The position numbers and the translations under genes were made by a program. Below are positions 21,283-31,472 of a stretch of DNA of 64,000 bases, piece after piece. The notes beneath the pieces are model-generated. The model was not told the DNA's origin, searched no databases, and saw nothing but the letters and a program-made list of their open reading frames with translations. Position 1 is the first letter of the stretch. Every line of letters begins with the position of its first letter. The stretch spans positions 896,001 to 960,000 of the forward strand of contig OY771587.1 of the NCBI GenBank assembly GCA_963674825.1, given 5' to 3'. The DNA is from Candidatus Cloacimonadales bacterium (GTDB lineage: Bacteria; Cloacimonadota; Cloacimonadia; Cloacimonadales; JAIOQZ01).

Positions 21283-22631
21283 AGCTTCGTAGCTTCCGGT
21301 TACAATGCGTATTGCGCGTAATGCTGCTCACGCTGACGATCTTCGGGTTCATCTACACCCTTCAGATTAATATCCCACTAGGATTGAAGGTAGTACTGAG
21401 CCTGGCTGTTATCATGCAGGTGTTCTTCCTGATCACCTATGTAGAGCGCACCAATCGGATGCTCACGACGTTCCTGAATTCGATCCGTTATTCGGAGTTC
21501 AGCAGCTCGTTTGAAGTTAAGGGACTCGGTTCTTCGTTCGATGTGCTCAAGAACTCCTTCAACAACGTTATCAACGATTTCCAGCGTATCAGCACTGATC
21601 GCGAGATTCACTATCACTATTTGAAAAACGTGGTGGAGCACGTAGGTATCGCGCTGCTAGCCTTCCGAAGCAACGGTGATGTGGAAATCTATAATAAGGC
21701 CGCGCAAAACCTCTTCCGCATGGATCACCTTAAGAACATCCATACGCTTGCCAGCTTCAGCCGTAGATTGTACGAGAAAATCATCACCCTGCGATCCGGT
21801 GAGAAAGCGATGGTTAAAATCCAATACCACGATGAACTGCTCCAACTGGCCATGTACGCAACCGAATTCAAGCTCATGGATCGGAAGATTATTCTGGTTT
21901 CCATCCAAAATATCCAAAGCGAAATGGAAGAGCAGGAGTTGGAAGCCTGGCAGAAGCTAATCCGTGTTCTCACCCACGAGATCATGAATTCCATCACACC
22001 CATCGCCTCGCTGTCGTCCACAATCAACCAGATGCTCGATCAGATCCACAGCGAAATCTGCGTGGATAGCGAACAAGAAGAGACTTTCAATGACATCCAC
22101 AGCGCGGTGCGGACCATCGAGCGGAGAAGTTCGGGGCTGCTGAAATTTGTGCAGTCGTACCGCAATTTAACCCGCATTCCCAAGCCGAACTTCACCATTT
22201 TTTCCATCCGGAGTTTGTTCGACAACTTGCAGAACCTCTTCGCGGAAGAGCTGCAAACCGCTGGTATCGAGCTCGCGATCAAGATCATTCCCGAGGAGCT
22301 GGAGCTCACCGCTGACGAAAGCATGATTGAACAGATCCTGATAAATCTTGTCCAGAATGCCAAGCACGCCCTTCGTGAACGCGAACATGGCAGAATCGGC
22401 ATTGCGGCGTTTGTCGGACCCAATGGCAGGCCAGCCATCCAGGTGTGGGATAATGGTTCCGGCATTCTGGAAGATGTTATCGATAAGATATTCATCCCGT
22501 TCTTCACGACCAAGCCTTCGGGAACCGGTATCGGGCTAGCGCTCGCACGGCAGATGATGAGGCTGCATGGCGGAACGATCAACGTCCGTTCTGTGATGGG
22601 GGTGGAGACAATCTTCACCTTGAAGTTCTAA
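21279..22631 (+). CDS. Membrane sensor histidine kinase (2 TM, PAS)
   Basis: LTHEIMNSITPI, NLVQNA, DNGSG, FIPFFTTK, GTGIGL; 4-nt overlap with the regulator. Confidence 0.94.
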   Translation: MKLRSFRLQCVLRVMLLTLTIFGFIYTLQINIPLGLKVVLSLAVIMQVFFLITYVERTNRMLTTFLNSIRYSEFSSSFEVKGLGSSFDVLKNSFNNVINDFQRISTDREIHYHYLKNVVEHVGIALLAFRSNGDVEIYNKAAQNLFRMDHLKNIHTLASFSRRLYEKIITLRSGEKAMVKIQYHDELLQLAMYATEFKLMDRKIILVSIQNIQSEMEEQELEAWQKLIRVLTHEIMNSITPIASLSSTINQMLDQIHSEICVDSEQEETFNDIHSAVRTIERRSSGLLKFVQSYRNLTRIPKPNFTIFSIRSLFDNLQNLFAEELQTAGIELAIKIIPEELELTADESMIEQILINLVQNAKHALREREHGRIGIAAFVGPNGRPAIQVWDNGSGILEDVIDKIFIPFFTTKPSGTGIGLALARQMMRLHGGTINVRSVMGVETIFTLKF

Positions 22632-22691
22632 GCGTTTTTTTGTTGACATACAACAATATCTGAAGCAGACTTTTATTGGAGGAAAGCTGAA

Positions 22692-23801
22692 ATGAACATG
22701 GTCGACATATTACGAAACGTCAAATTTTTCGACTCGCTCAGCAATGATGAGCTGATGATCATCGCAGAGTATTTTCACGAGCTGCATCTTGCCGCTGGAG
22801 AAATCGTTTTCTCCGAAGGTGATGTCGGCGACAGCTTCTATATATTGAGAGAAGGTTCTCTGGAAATCACCAAACTCATTCGTCACGATCTCGAAACCCA
22901 GGCCGAGCTCAATACACTTGAACCGCTGGATTTCTTCGGTGAGATGGCACTGGTTGACGAAAGTCCTCGCTCTGCTACCGTTAAGGCTGTTACGGATGTT
23001 GTACTGCTGAAAATGGAAAAGCAGGACTTCCTTAATATCTGTCTGCAATACCCACAGGTTATCTTCCACCTGACCAAGACGATGTCCATTCACCTGCGAA
23101 ACACCAATCAGCAATTCGCGACCGTCTTGGAAAACCTCATCACGCGCAACAAGCTTGCCGCGATCGGCTCTGCGGCCAGCAAGATAGTACATGACATTAA
23201 AACGCCCATTACCGTCATCGTCCTCACCGCACAGCTTCTGGAAAGCATCTATCCCGACACCGCCAAATACATTAAGCGTATTGTGCACCAGACCAGCGTT
23301 CTCGACGATATGGTTCGTGAAATTCTAGACTTTGCCAAAGGCGAACGCATCATTCTGAGCATTGCCGAAATCGACATGGAAGAGCTATGTGCCGATATGG
23401 CGGATGACATGGATCCTATCGCAAAAGACCGCGGCATCAAACTGAGCATGATCAATCATGTGAAGAATCCCGTATTCATCGACCGGAAGCGCATCAAACG
23501 TACGCTGATCAACATCATCAAAAACGCGATCGAAGCGCTTGGAAGCTCCGGAAATGTAGTGGTCACCTGTCGCCAGGAAGGCGAGAAGCTTCATATATCG
23601 GTCTGTGATGACGGCCCCGGCATCCCGGAAGAAATCCTCCCTAATATTTTCGACGCATTCGTTACGAAAGGAAAAAGCAACGGCACCGGATTGGGACTGG
23701 CAATCTGCAAGAAGGTAGTCAACGATCATAAAGGCGAGATCATCGCGTCGAATTCCGACGACGGCGCTTGCTTCGATATCTTTCTGCCCATGCAGCAGTA
23801 G
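22692..23801 (+). CDS. Cyclic-nucleotide-binding domain histidine kinase
   Basis: cNMP motif FFGEMALV..PRSATV; IVHDIKTPI; NIIKNA; DDGPG; GTGLGL. Confidence 0.92.
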   Translation: MNMVDILRNVKFFDSLSNDELMIIAEYFHELHLAAGEIVFSEGDVGDSFYILREGSLEITKLIRHDLETQAELNTLEPLDFFGEMALVDESPRSATVKAVTDVVLLKMEKQDFLNICLQYPQVIFHLTKTMSIHLRNTNQQFATVLENLITRNKLAAIGSAASKIVHDIKTPITVIVLTAQLLESIYPDTAKYIKRIVHQTSVLDDMVREILDFAKGERIILSIAEIDMEELCADMADDMDPIAKDRGIKLSMINHVKNPVFIDRKRIKRTLINIIKNAIEALGSSGNVVVTCRQEGEKLHISVCDDGPGIPEEILPNIFDAFVTKGKSNGTGLGLAICKKVVNDHKGEIIASNSDDGACFDIFLPMQQ

Positions 23802-23935
23802 ATCGTAACGGCAATCATGCAGGACATCCAAACGTTTTACTACTGGGCGAATTACTTTCGTGCGATAAATTGCTTGCCATAAATTGGCGTATCTTTTTTC
23901 GTGACACGAAATAGAAATCATAACAGGTGGTTATC

Positions 23936-24127
23936 ATGTCAAGAATATGTGATGTATGTGGCAAACAGGCACAGGTTGGCAACAACCGCAGCCATGCCCT
24001 TAACGCGACCAAGCGTCGCTTCCAGCCGAATCTTTCCCGGATTCGTGCAGAAATCGAAGGTGAAGTGAAGAAGATTAACATCTGCGCTTCATGTCTCAAA
24101 GCCAATAAGGTACGTAAAGTCATCTAA
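23936..24127 (+). CDS. rpmB: 50S ribosomal protein L28
   Basis: [32 protein letters not shown]. Confidence 0.97.
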   Translation: MSRICDVCGKQAQVGNNRSHALNATKRRFQPNLSRIRAEIEGEVKKINICASCLKANKVRKVI

Positions 24128-24180
24128 CGCGACATCCTTTCGAGGAAAAATCGTAGAAGAAAATATTTGACTGAAAATCG

Positions 24181-24212
24181 AGCCCCTTTCAATTTGAAGG
24201 GGCTATTTTTTT
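24181..24212 (+). terminator. Intrinsic terminator after rpmB
   Basis: AGCCCCTTTCAATTTGAAGGGGCT followed by a T-run. Confidence 0.75.
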
Positions 24213-24259
24213 ATCAGGACAGTATTCGGTTGACAGAAATCCAGGCTTTGGAGGTACCA

Positions 24260-24742
24260 ATGCAGCTAATCACAGAAAGAATCAATGTACCGGAAGGATT
24301 AAATATCATCTACGGTATGTCACACTTCATTAAAACGGTAGAAGACCTCTACGAAGCGCTCGTCAACAGCTTCCCCGGCATCAAGTTCGGTCTGGCGTTC
24401 AATGAAGCGTCCGGTCCCTGCCTCATCCGCCACGACGGCACAGACAAAGAGCTGATCGATCTGGCGATAGAAAACCAGAAACGACTCGGCGCAGGCCACA
24501 CATTCCTCATTGTTCTCAAGGACTGCTTCCCTATCAATGTCATTCCGGCTATCAAGGATGTTCGTGAAATCGTAGGCATTCACTGCGCAACCGCCAACCC
24601 GGTGGAAGTCGTACTCGCGGAGACGGAGCAGGGCCGCGGCGTGTTGGGTGTGATCGACGGAGGATCGCCGAAGGGAGTCGAGACCGAAAAGGATATCGAG
24701 GAACGCAAGTCGCTGTTGCGTATGTTCGGATATAAACGGTAA
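24260..24742 (+). CDS. Adenosine-specific kinase family protein (DUF355)
   Basis: [41 protein letters not shown] at 24260 after GGAGG. Confidence 0.85.
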   Translation: MQLITERINVPEGLNIIYGMSHFIKTVEDLYEALVNSFPGIKFGLAFNEASGPCLIRHDGTDKELIDLAIENQKRLGAGHTFLIVLKDCFPINVIPAIKDVREIVGIHCATANPVEVVLAETEQGRGVLGVIDGGSPKGVETEKDIEERKSLLRMFGYKR

Positions 24743-25308
24743 TGCGCGTTTTCTTCGCATTCGAGCTCCCCGAACCGGTTCGCGACGAACTCGACCAACT
24801 TACACAAGAGCTGCGCAACATCATTCCGCGCGGTATCAAGTGGGTACGGCCAGATACGATGCATATCACCCTGCAATTTCTGGGTGATGTCTCACCGTCT
24901 CATATCCGCTATCTGGATCAGTCCGTCCAGGAGCTGCTCGATAATCAGGAGGAGTTCGAGATCTTCGAACCACAGATTGAGGCTGTTCCCAGCCGGAATC
25001 CACGCGTGATATGGGTACACTACCGGACGGACGAGAAGCGTATTTTCTCGCTTCCGGCAAAGATCCGCAGTCGCGCCGAAGAACTGGGCTACATATTAGA
25101 AAACAAGCCGATGAAGCTGCATGCCACCCTGGGCCGGGTTAAGTCGGTCGTTGACATGAATCAGGTAGCGAAGCTGCTGAGCTTCAAACCTACCATCACC
25201 AAATCAAATATCAACCAGGTAACATTATACAAAAGCGTGCTGCAGCCGGAAGGACCCGTCTATACCGCGATCAGCAGCTACGAACTACAAAGGAGGAACC
25301 ATGGCTGA
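24742..25308 (+). CDS. thpR: RNA 2',3'-cyclic phosphodiesterase (2H family)
   Basis: [14 protein letters not shown] and HATLGR (two HxT motifs). Confidence 0.92.
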   Translation: MRVFFAFELPEPVRDELDQLTQELRNIIPRGIKWVRPDTMHITLQFLGDVSPSHIRYLDQSVQELLDNQEEFEIFEPQIEAVPSRNPRVIWVHYRTDEKRIFSLPAKIRSRAEELGYILENKPMKLHATLGRVKSVVDMNQVAKLLSFKPTITKSNINQVTLYKSVLQPEGPVYTAISSYELQRRNHG

Positions 25309-26350
25309 AAAGGGCAAAGCAGATGCCTTGAAGACCGCGATGAATCAACTTGAGAAGAAATACGGAGTCGGAACCATCATGCGTATGGGCGATCGTCCCA
25401 AGCTCGATGTAGACGTCATCCCCACCGGTGCGATCAACCTCGACGCAGCCCTCGGAATCGGTGGAATACCCAAAGGCCGTATCACCGAAGTTTATGGCGC
25501 GGAAGCTTCCGGTAAGACAACTCTCACACTGCATATCGCCGCGGAAGCGCAGAAACAGGGCGGAACCATCGCCTTTATCGACGCAGAACACGCACTCGAT
25601 CCATTTTACGCACGCAAACTCGGCGTCGATACCGACAGCATGCTAATCTCGCAGCCCGACGGTGGCGAGCAAGCGCTTGAAATCGTGGAAACGCTGGTTC
25701 GCAGCAACGCGATCGACCTGATTATCGTTGACTCGGTGGCTGCGCTGGTTCCCCGTGCCGAAATCGAAGGTGAAATGGGCGATACCCATGTGGGACTCCA
25801 GGCTCGCCTGATGTCGCAAGCGCTTCGCAAACTTACCAGCATTGTCAGCAAATCGAATACCGCCGTGATCTTCATCAACCAGACCCGTATGAAGATCGGT
25901 GTACCGGCGTTTGTCAATCCGGAAACGACCACCGGTGGTGTTGCGCTGAAGTTCTATTCGTCGCTACGCATTGAAGTTCGCAACGCAGGTTCTATAAAGG
26001 ATACAAGCGGCGGAACGGTTAACATCGTCGGCCAGAAGACACGCGTCAAGATCGTGAAGAACAAATTCGCTCCGCCGTTTAAAACGGTCGAGTTCCCCAT
26101 TGTGTACGGTCAGGGCATCTCTCATCTGGACATTGTCCTCAACATCGCCGTCGACACGGATATTATCAAGAAAAGCGGCGCATGGTTCTCCTATGGCGAG
26201 ACACGTCTTGGCCAGGGCGCGGAAAAGACCAAAGACTTCCTGCGTGACAATCCTGAGATGCTTCTCGAAATCGAAGGGAAAGTCAAAGAAACGCTCAATC
26301 TGGTGATTGCTACCGAGTATGAAGACAATTCGGATTCGGAAGAAGAATAA
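25301..26350 (+). CDS. recA: Recombinase A
   Basis: [37 protein letters not shown]. Confidence 0.99.
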   Translation: MAEKGKADALKTAMNQLEKKYGVGTIMRMGDRPKLDVDVIPTGAINLDAALGIGGIPKGRITEVYGAEASGKTTLTLHIAAEAQKQGGTIAFIDAEHALDPFYARKLGVDTDSMLISQPDGGEQALEIVETLVRSNAIDLIIVDSVAALVPRAEIEGEMGDTHVGLQARLMSQALRKLTSIVSKSNTAVIFINQTRMKIGVPAFVNPETTTGGVALKFYSSLRIEVRNAGSIKDTSGGTVNIVGQKTRVKIVKNKFAPPFKTVEFPIVYGQGISHLDIVLNIAVDTDIIKKSGAWFSYGETRLGQGAEKTKDFLRDNPEMLLEIEGKVKETLNLVIATEYEDNSDSEEE

Positions 26351-26945
26351 AACGCAGTTCATCATTTCGGAAAACGATTTCGATTGGGGAGTGCTGCCGC
26401 TGGCAAATCTCCCCTTTTTCATCGATGTGAATTCCGGTGAACAGGAGATCGACGAAGACGATTTCAAGCTCCTCTTTGAGGAGATCAGAAAATATGCGTG
26501 GAATCGTCTCCTGGACTACCTCGCGCTTCGGGAACGAAGCCGCCGTGAAAGCCTCGATTATCTCATGAACCTCCCTGTCGAAGCGGAACTCACCAATGAA
26601 CTTGTCCAACGCGCCGAATCGAAGAAGTTTATCAGCGATACCCGTTTCGCAGAACTATACACCGAAAGCCTACTGCACAGGCAGAAGAGTCGCGAGGAGA
26701 TCCGTTACAAGCTGAAAGAAAAAGGCATCGACGAGATCCTGATCGACCAAACACTCGCGAAAATCGTCACCCCGGAGCAGGAAGCGGATGTGATCGATCA
26801 GAAGATTGATAAACTGCTCGTTCGGTACCGCGATTTGAAACCGAAACAGCAGATAGAGAAGATCCTCACTTCTTTATGCCGCAATGGTTTCAGCTACGAG
26901 GACGTGAAAGACAAGGTACGCATGAAGGTGTACGCTGGGAAATAG
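26319..26945 (+). CDS. recX: Regulatory protein RecX
   Basis: [26 protein letters not shown]; overlaps the recA 3' end. Confidence 0.85.
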   Translation: MKTIRIRKKNKTQFIISENDFDWGVLPLANLPFFIDVNSGEQEIDEDDFKLLFEEIRKYAWNRLLDYLALRERSRRESLDYLMNLPVEAELTNELVQRAESKKFISDTRFAELYTESLLHRQKSREEIRYKLKEKGIDEILIDQTLAKIVTPEQEADVIDQKIDKLLVRYRDLKPKQQIEKILTSLCRNGFSYEDVKDKVRMKVYAGK

Positions 26946-26957
26946 TTACGAGTCAAA

Positions 26958-27019
26958 CCACCAAACCCCAGCTTGCCATTTTTCCTATCTCCTTGGATCG
27001 CCAAGCCCCAGCTTGGCAT
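26958..27019. repeat. Two REP-like palindromes (GCCAAGC-CCCA-GCTTGGC type), one degenerate
   Basis: CTTGGATCGCCAAGCCCCAGCTTGGCAT at 26992-27019; a related copy lies at 59612-59639. Confidence 0.6.
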
Positions 27020-27171
27020 CTCTTCTCTCCGAGCATCTCACACGCTCTCCGCGCAGCAGATTCGTTCGATCGCACCAGCCGTGGTGTTACACGACGAAGG
27101 CGTGTTCATTCACGGCGTGCGGGATCGGGCGAATATGCGCGTGGATGCAATCTGCAATGGCTGTCACCACT

Positions 27172-27290
27172 CCTTCCCCTTTTTCCAAAGGGGAAGGCCG
27201 GGATGGGCTTTCTCTACTCCCTCTTCCCGTTTGCGTATCATCCCGAGTAGCGAGGTACTAACGTATCGAGGGAGGGTCGGGGTAAGGACT
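27172..27290. repeat. Palindromic extragenic elements
   Basis: CCTTCCCCTTT-TTCC-AAAGGGGAAGG hairpin, then a second copy interrupted by TCATCCCGAG...TCGAGGGA. Confidence 0.5.
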
Positions 27291-27345
27291 TTTAAAAAAA
27301 AAGCCCGGCGAAAACCGGGCTGAAAATGTATGATATCGATCAATT

Positions 27346-27840
27346 CTATTCGTCGAGGAACTTCTTGATCGACTCCACCTGTTCCTGCACATCCTTGATA
27401 CCATTCTGCGCGATGGTCAACTCAAGCTCGATGGTTTCCTGAAAGGAAAGGAAGCTTGCGACCCCGGCAACCGGCACATACCAGCTATATCGGTATGTTT
27501 GCAGAAAAGCGGGGTAGGTTTTACCTGTCTGAAGAAATGTAATAGGCTTAAGGCCCTCATAGCCCTCTGGAGGATTCAAGCGCTCGTATTTGATCTTGAT
27601 TTCATCACCCTCTTTCAGATCGGTCACGGTGCGGTAAACCTTATCAACGCGAGCCACGACATCGATGTTGCAAAATTCGCCGGGATCGCAATTTCCAGCT
27701 TTAACGGAAATAACGGTAATATCCACTCTTTCTGGAGCAATGTCCTGTGCTTCGAGGAATTCCATAGGTGGAATCTCGGCGGATATCACAGCAACTGCGG
27801 CAACCATTACCATCATCAATATCAAGCTTCTCAGGGTCAT
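27346..27840 (-). CDS. Hypothetical secreted protein
   Basis: Signal peptide, SD GAGGAGG, own terminator at about 27294-27321. Confidence 0.75.
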   Translation of the reverse strand: MTLRSLILMMVMVAAVAVISAEIPPMEFLEAQDIAPERVDITVISVKAGNCDPGEFCNIDVVARVDKVYRTVTDLKEGDEIKIKYERLNPPEGYEGLKPITFLQTGKTYPAFLQTYRYSWYVPVAGVASFLSFQETIELELTIAQNGIKDVQEQVESIKKFLDE

Positions 27841-28036
27841 AGATCCTCCTCATTTCAAAGCATTCATTAATATAATACCGATTTCGATTTTCCCGTCAAT
27901 AAAATAATCCGTCAACCATGTTTTTCCTGTTTTTTCTTTATGAGTACGGCTCAGAGATATTCGAACAACTTATTAACCAATAAAAAAAGCCTGCCATCCA
28001 TAGATAGCAGGCCCGAAAATATTCTATCGTAAGGAT

Positions 28037-29506
28037 TTAGGCTAAGTTCTTAACCAGCGCGTAAAGAAGCCTTACACCGCTCCCCGTTCCGCCGGACGGT
28101 CCGAATGTATTTTCGCTATCTGCGAAGGCTTTACCTGCGATGTCCAGATGCAGCCAGGGCTTGTCCTTCACAAAATCGCGAATGAACAGACCTGCAGTAA
28201 CGGTTCCGGCACCACGACCACCTGTATTCTTAAGGTCGGCGATGTCAGACTTGAGCTGATCGCGATATTCATCGTCGTGCGGGAGACGCCAGATGCGCTC
28301 GCCGCTGTAATCTGCGGCAGCCTCCAGCTTCTGATAAAGCTCATCGTTGTTGCTTAGGACACCAATGCGCACCTTACCCAGCGCGATAACGGCAGCGCCG
28401 GTCAGAGTCGCAATATCGACCACGCGTGCGGCCTTCTCTTTCTCGATCGCGTAAGTAACTGCGTCGATGAGAGTCAAGCGACCTTCCGCGTCAGTGTTGT
28501 CCACTTCGATGGTCTTGCCGGCCATGGAACCGATGATGTCGCCGTTGCGATAGGCGTGTCCGGACACCATGTTTTCACATGCTGCCACGACACCAACCAC
28601 GTTAACTTTCAGCTTCAGCTTCGCGATCATGCACATCGCCCCGATTACCGATGCGGATCCACCCATATCGCCCTTCATGGTGACCATGCCGGACGCTGGC
28701 TTGAGTGCGTATCCACCGCTGTCATAGGTGAGTCCCTTGCCGACCAGCGCGGTAATATTGTCTTTATCGCTGGGATTTCCCATCCAGCGCATGACAATCA
28801 ACCTCGGTGGATGATCCGAGCCCATTGCAACCGACCAGTAAGCATCCATCTTCATCTTCTGAATCTGCTTCTCGTCGAAAAGCTCTACTTCGAAACCATG
28901 TTCCTTTCCGGCCTTTTCCGCACGAGCAGCAAGCTCCATCGGCAGCAGCTCGTTAGCTGGTTCGTTGACCAGATCGCGCGCAAGACAGGTTGCCTTTGCT
29001 GCGATTTCAGCTTCCTTGATCACGGATGCAGAGACCTTCTCTGATCCGATGAAATCGACACTGCAAACCTTATCTTTCTTCTTATCGTTGCCAGTGGTTT
29101 TATATTTCTTGAATTCGTAAATTGCCAGTTCCATCGTCTCGATGAACATTCTTGCCGCTTCCGGGGCATCCCATTTGGCAGCCAGGCCATTGAGGAAGAT
29201 CGCCGCAGTTTCGCACTTGTCCCGCTTGATGGCTTTCGCCAGACCAGCTGCAGCTTTACGTAGTTTATTGCTGTTGGTCTCGTCTTTCTTTCCCAAGCCG
29301 ATAGCATAGATCGTTGTTGCGGGATCGATGAAGTTAACGGTCTTGACTTCGCCGCCATCCCATTTCCACTCTTTGCTTGCGGAAAGGTGTTTGAGCGCTT
29401 TCTTCACTGCTTCGGGGTAGTCGGTAACTTCCGGAGCCGCATCGGAGAATCCGAAAACGACCAGAAATTCCTGATCCTGATATTTGTCCGACCAATGATA
29501 TTTCAC
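28037..29506 (-). CDS. pepA: Leucyl aminopeptidase (M17)
   Basis: VGKGLTYDSGG, MKGDMGG, NTDAEGRL, HLDIAG; GTG start after GGAGG. Confidence 0.95.
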   Translation of the reverse strand: MKYHWSDKYQDQEFLVVFGFSDAAPEVTDYPEAVKKALKHLSASKEWKWDGGEVKTVNFIDPATTIYAIGLGKKDETNSNKLRKAAAGLAKAIKRDKCETAAIFLNGLAAKWDAPEAARMFIETMELAIYEFKKYKTTGNDKKKDKVCSVDFIGSEKVSASVIKEAEIAAKATCLARDLVNEPANELLPMELAARAEKAGKEHGFEVELFDEKQIQKMKMDAYWSVAMGSDHPPRLIVMRWMGNPSDKDNITALVGKGLTYDSGGYALKPASGMVTMKGDMGGSASVIGAMCMIAKLKLKVNVVGVVAACENMVSGHAYRNGDIIGSMAGKTIEVDNTDAEGRLTLIDAVTYAIEKEKAARVVDIATLTGAAVIALGKVRIGVLSNNDELYQKLEAAADYSGERIWRLPHDDEYRDQLKSDIADLKNTGGRGAGTVTAGLFIRDFVKDKPWLHLDIAGKAFADSENTFGPSGGTGSGVRLLYALVKNLA

Positions 29507-29648
29507 GTGAACCTCCATTCATGCTGATTTTTCTATCATTTGTGCCAGTATCGGACATCGTATCAATTTGTAAAGAAATTTACAGAGGTTCTTGTAGTGA
29601 TTGAATAGAGGCTGCACAGCAAACCAATATTCGTTATTTGTCTCCAAG

Positions 29649-31190
29649 CTAGAATGTGAAACTACTGCCCAGTCGATATCCGTCTGTAGCGCTACTCACG
29701 ATGCCGCCTGCGTATCCGGAGCCTTCACCGATAGGAAATAGATTCTCGCAGTTGACCGAAGCATTGTTGTCCTTACGGCGCAAGATTCTCACCGGTGAGG
29801 ATGTACGCGTCTCTGGCGCGATCAGGAGTCCCTTACCCACAAAACCTGGAACCCGGTGCTCGAAGTATTTCAGTCCAACCTGAATTGCCTTGCTGAGCAC
29901 TTTAGGATAGATCGTGCGCAGGTCATGATTATAGGTTCCTGGGCGATACGAGTTGTGTGCCAGACTGCCCTTCTTCGTGCCACAGAAATCACCCGCAGGC
30001 TGCGATGGCGCGAAATAAGGCATCTGCTCGTTATAGCATCTCTTCTCGATCATGCGCTGAAAGGCGATGCCGTCGAGTGGCTTCGATCCGAAATCACGAT
30101 CACCGACCGTCACCACCACTGCGCTGTTGGAGAAATAGGCTTCCCGGTTCGCGAGACTCATTCCGTTGGTAACCTGACACTGCGGCTCGGACGCGGCAGC
30201 AATCACTTCGCCGCCGGGACACATACAGAAGGTGTAAACACCGTAATTCCCAGATTTTGCAGTCATGCGGTAGGTCGCGGCACCAGAAAGGGAGAAGTCG
30301 GTCTTATCGCCATAAAACGCTTCGTCGATGAACTGACGCGGATGCTCTATACGGAAACCCACCGCAAAGGGCTTGGCCTCGATGCGGATTCCGCGCTCAT
30401 GAAGCATCTCGAAGGTGTCCCGCGCTGAATTACCCAGCGCTATTACCACGACTTCCGGTGAGAGCGTCATATCGCCGACACGGAGCTGGGTGATTCGCTC
30501 GTTCTGGAAGGTTACATCCTCCAGTTTATGGCGCCAAAAGAACTTGCAGCCCTGCTCTTCGAGCCAGTTACGCATTCTTACGATAATTGCGCGAATTCCG
30601 TCTGAGCCGAGATGCGGATGGGAATCGATGCTAATATCCTCCGGTGCTCCGAAACGAATAAACGTCTCAAAAACATTGTTGGAAAAGCCATCGCGACTGC
30701 GCGCCGTCAGTTTGCCGTCGGAGAATGTCCCCGCTCCGCCTTCACCGAACTGCGCGTTCGATTCGGGGTCGAGCTCGCCGGTTCGCCAGAAGTTCTCGAC
30801 CTGTTGAACGCGATCCGCCATGGCGTCGCCACGGTCGAAAATCCACGGTTTCAAGCCATTTTCCACCATCGCCACCGCAGTGAAAAGTCCTGCCGGCCCC
30901 GCGCCGATGATAACCGGGTTCTCCGAAGAAAGCTTGGTTACTGGCAGCTCATCCAGTGGCTTGATAGTATACGCATCGAGGTCCGGATGCGGATTGGGCG
31001 TTTTACGGAAATCGACCAGAAGCGTGTAGATCCATTTGAGCTGATTGCGTTTTCTCGCGTCGAGAGACCTGCGCAGTACAGTGCAACCGGTGAGTTCTTC
31101 AGCCGGGATTCGCAGCTTGGCTGCTGCCGCCTGAAGGTAGTCTGGATGGCTTGATAACGGTACGATCACGTTCTTGATCTGGTATTGCAT
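29649..31190 (-). CDS. Uncharacterised FAD-dependent oxidoreductase
   Basis: IIGAGPAGLF, QFGEGGAGTFSDGKL, TFCMCPGG, GEGSGYAGGIVSSA. Confidence 0.88.
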   Translation of the reverse strand: MQYQIKNVIVPLSSHPDYLQAAAAKLRIPAEELTGCTVLRRSLDARKRNQLKWIYTLLVDFRKTPNPHPDLDAYTIKPLDELPVTKLSSENPVIIGAGPAGLFTAVAMVENGLKPWIFDRGDAMADRVQQVENFWRTGELDPESNAQFGEGGAGTFSDGKLTARSRDGFSNNVFETFIRFGAPEDISIDSHPHLGSDGIRAIIVRMRNWLEEQGCKFFWRHKLEDVTFQNERITQLRVGDMTLSPEVVVIALGNSARDTFEMLHERGIRIEAKPFAVGFRIEHPRQFIDEAFYGDKTDFSLSGAATYRMTAKSGNYGVYTFCMCPGGEVIAAASEPQCQVTNGMSLANREAYFSNSAVVVTVGDRDFGSKPLDGIAFQRMIEKRCYNEQMPYFAPSQPAGDFCGTKKGSLAHNSYRPGTYNHDLRTIYPKVLSKAIQVGLKYFEHRVPGFVGKGLLIAPETRTSSPVRILRRKDNNASVNCENLFPIGEGSGYAGGIVSSATDGYRLGSSFTF

Positions 31191-31250
31191 GGCTTGTTCC
31201 TTGTTGTTACGCTGTTCGAGCTGAGCTATAGAATGTTCTTTATAAGCCGA

Positions 31251-31274
31251 CCCTTCGACTCCGCTCAGGGTGAC
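31251..31274. repeat. Short extragenic repeat CCCTTCGACTCCGCTCAGGGTGAC
   Basis: Matches a widespread REP-like motif (GTCACCCTGAGCGGAGTCGAAGG), recalled rather than searched; single close copy here. Confidence 0.5.
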
Positions 31275-31321
31275 ACTGCATGATCGATAACGAAAAAAGG
31301 CGCCATTTGGCGCCTAATATA

Positions 31322-31397
31322 TGGTGGCAGGACCCAGACTTGAACTGGGGACACAAGGCTTTTCAGGCCTCTGCTCTACCAACTGAGCTATCCCGCC
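31322..31397 (-). tRNA. tRNA-Phe (GAA)
   Basis: GGCGGGATAGCTCAGTTGGTAGAGCAGAGGCCTGAAAAGCCTT...GTTCAAGT...CCTGCCACCA. Confidence 0.96.
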
Positions 31398-31472
31398 TCT
31401 TGCTATCGGTGAAAAGCAAAAAACATTTTCCGAGTTAACGTGTCAAGCAAAATGATGAAAAAAGGTGGATGC

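Noticed and set aside
26946..27345. Possible CRISPR array or coding ORFs in the repeat-rich spacer
   Set aside because: No regularly spaced identical repeats and no cas genes; the ORFs run through palindromes
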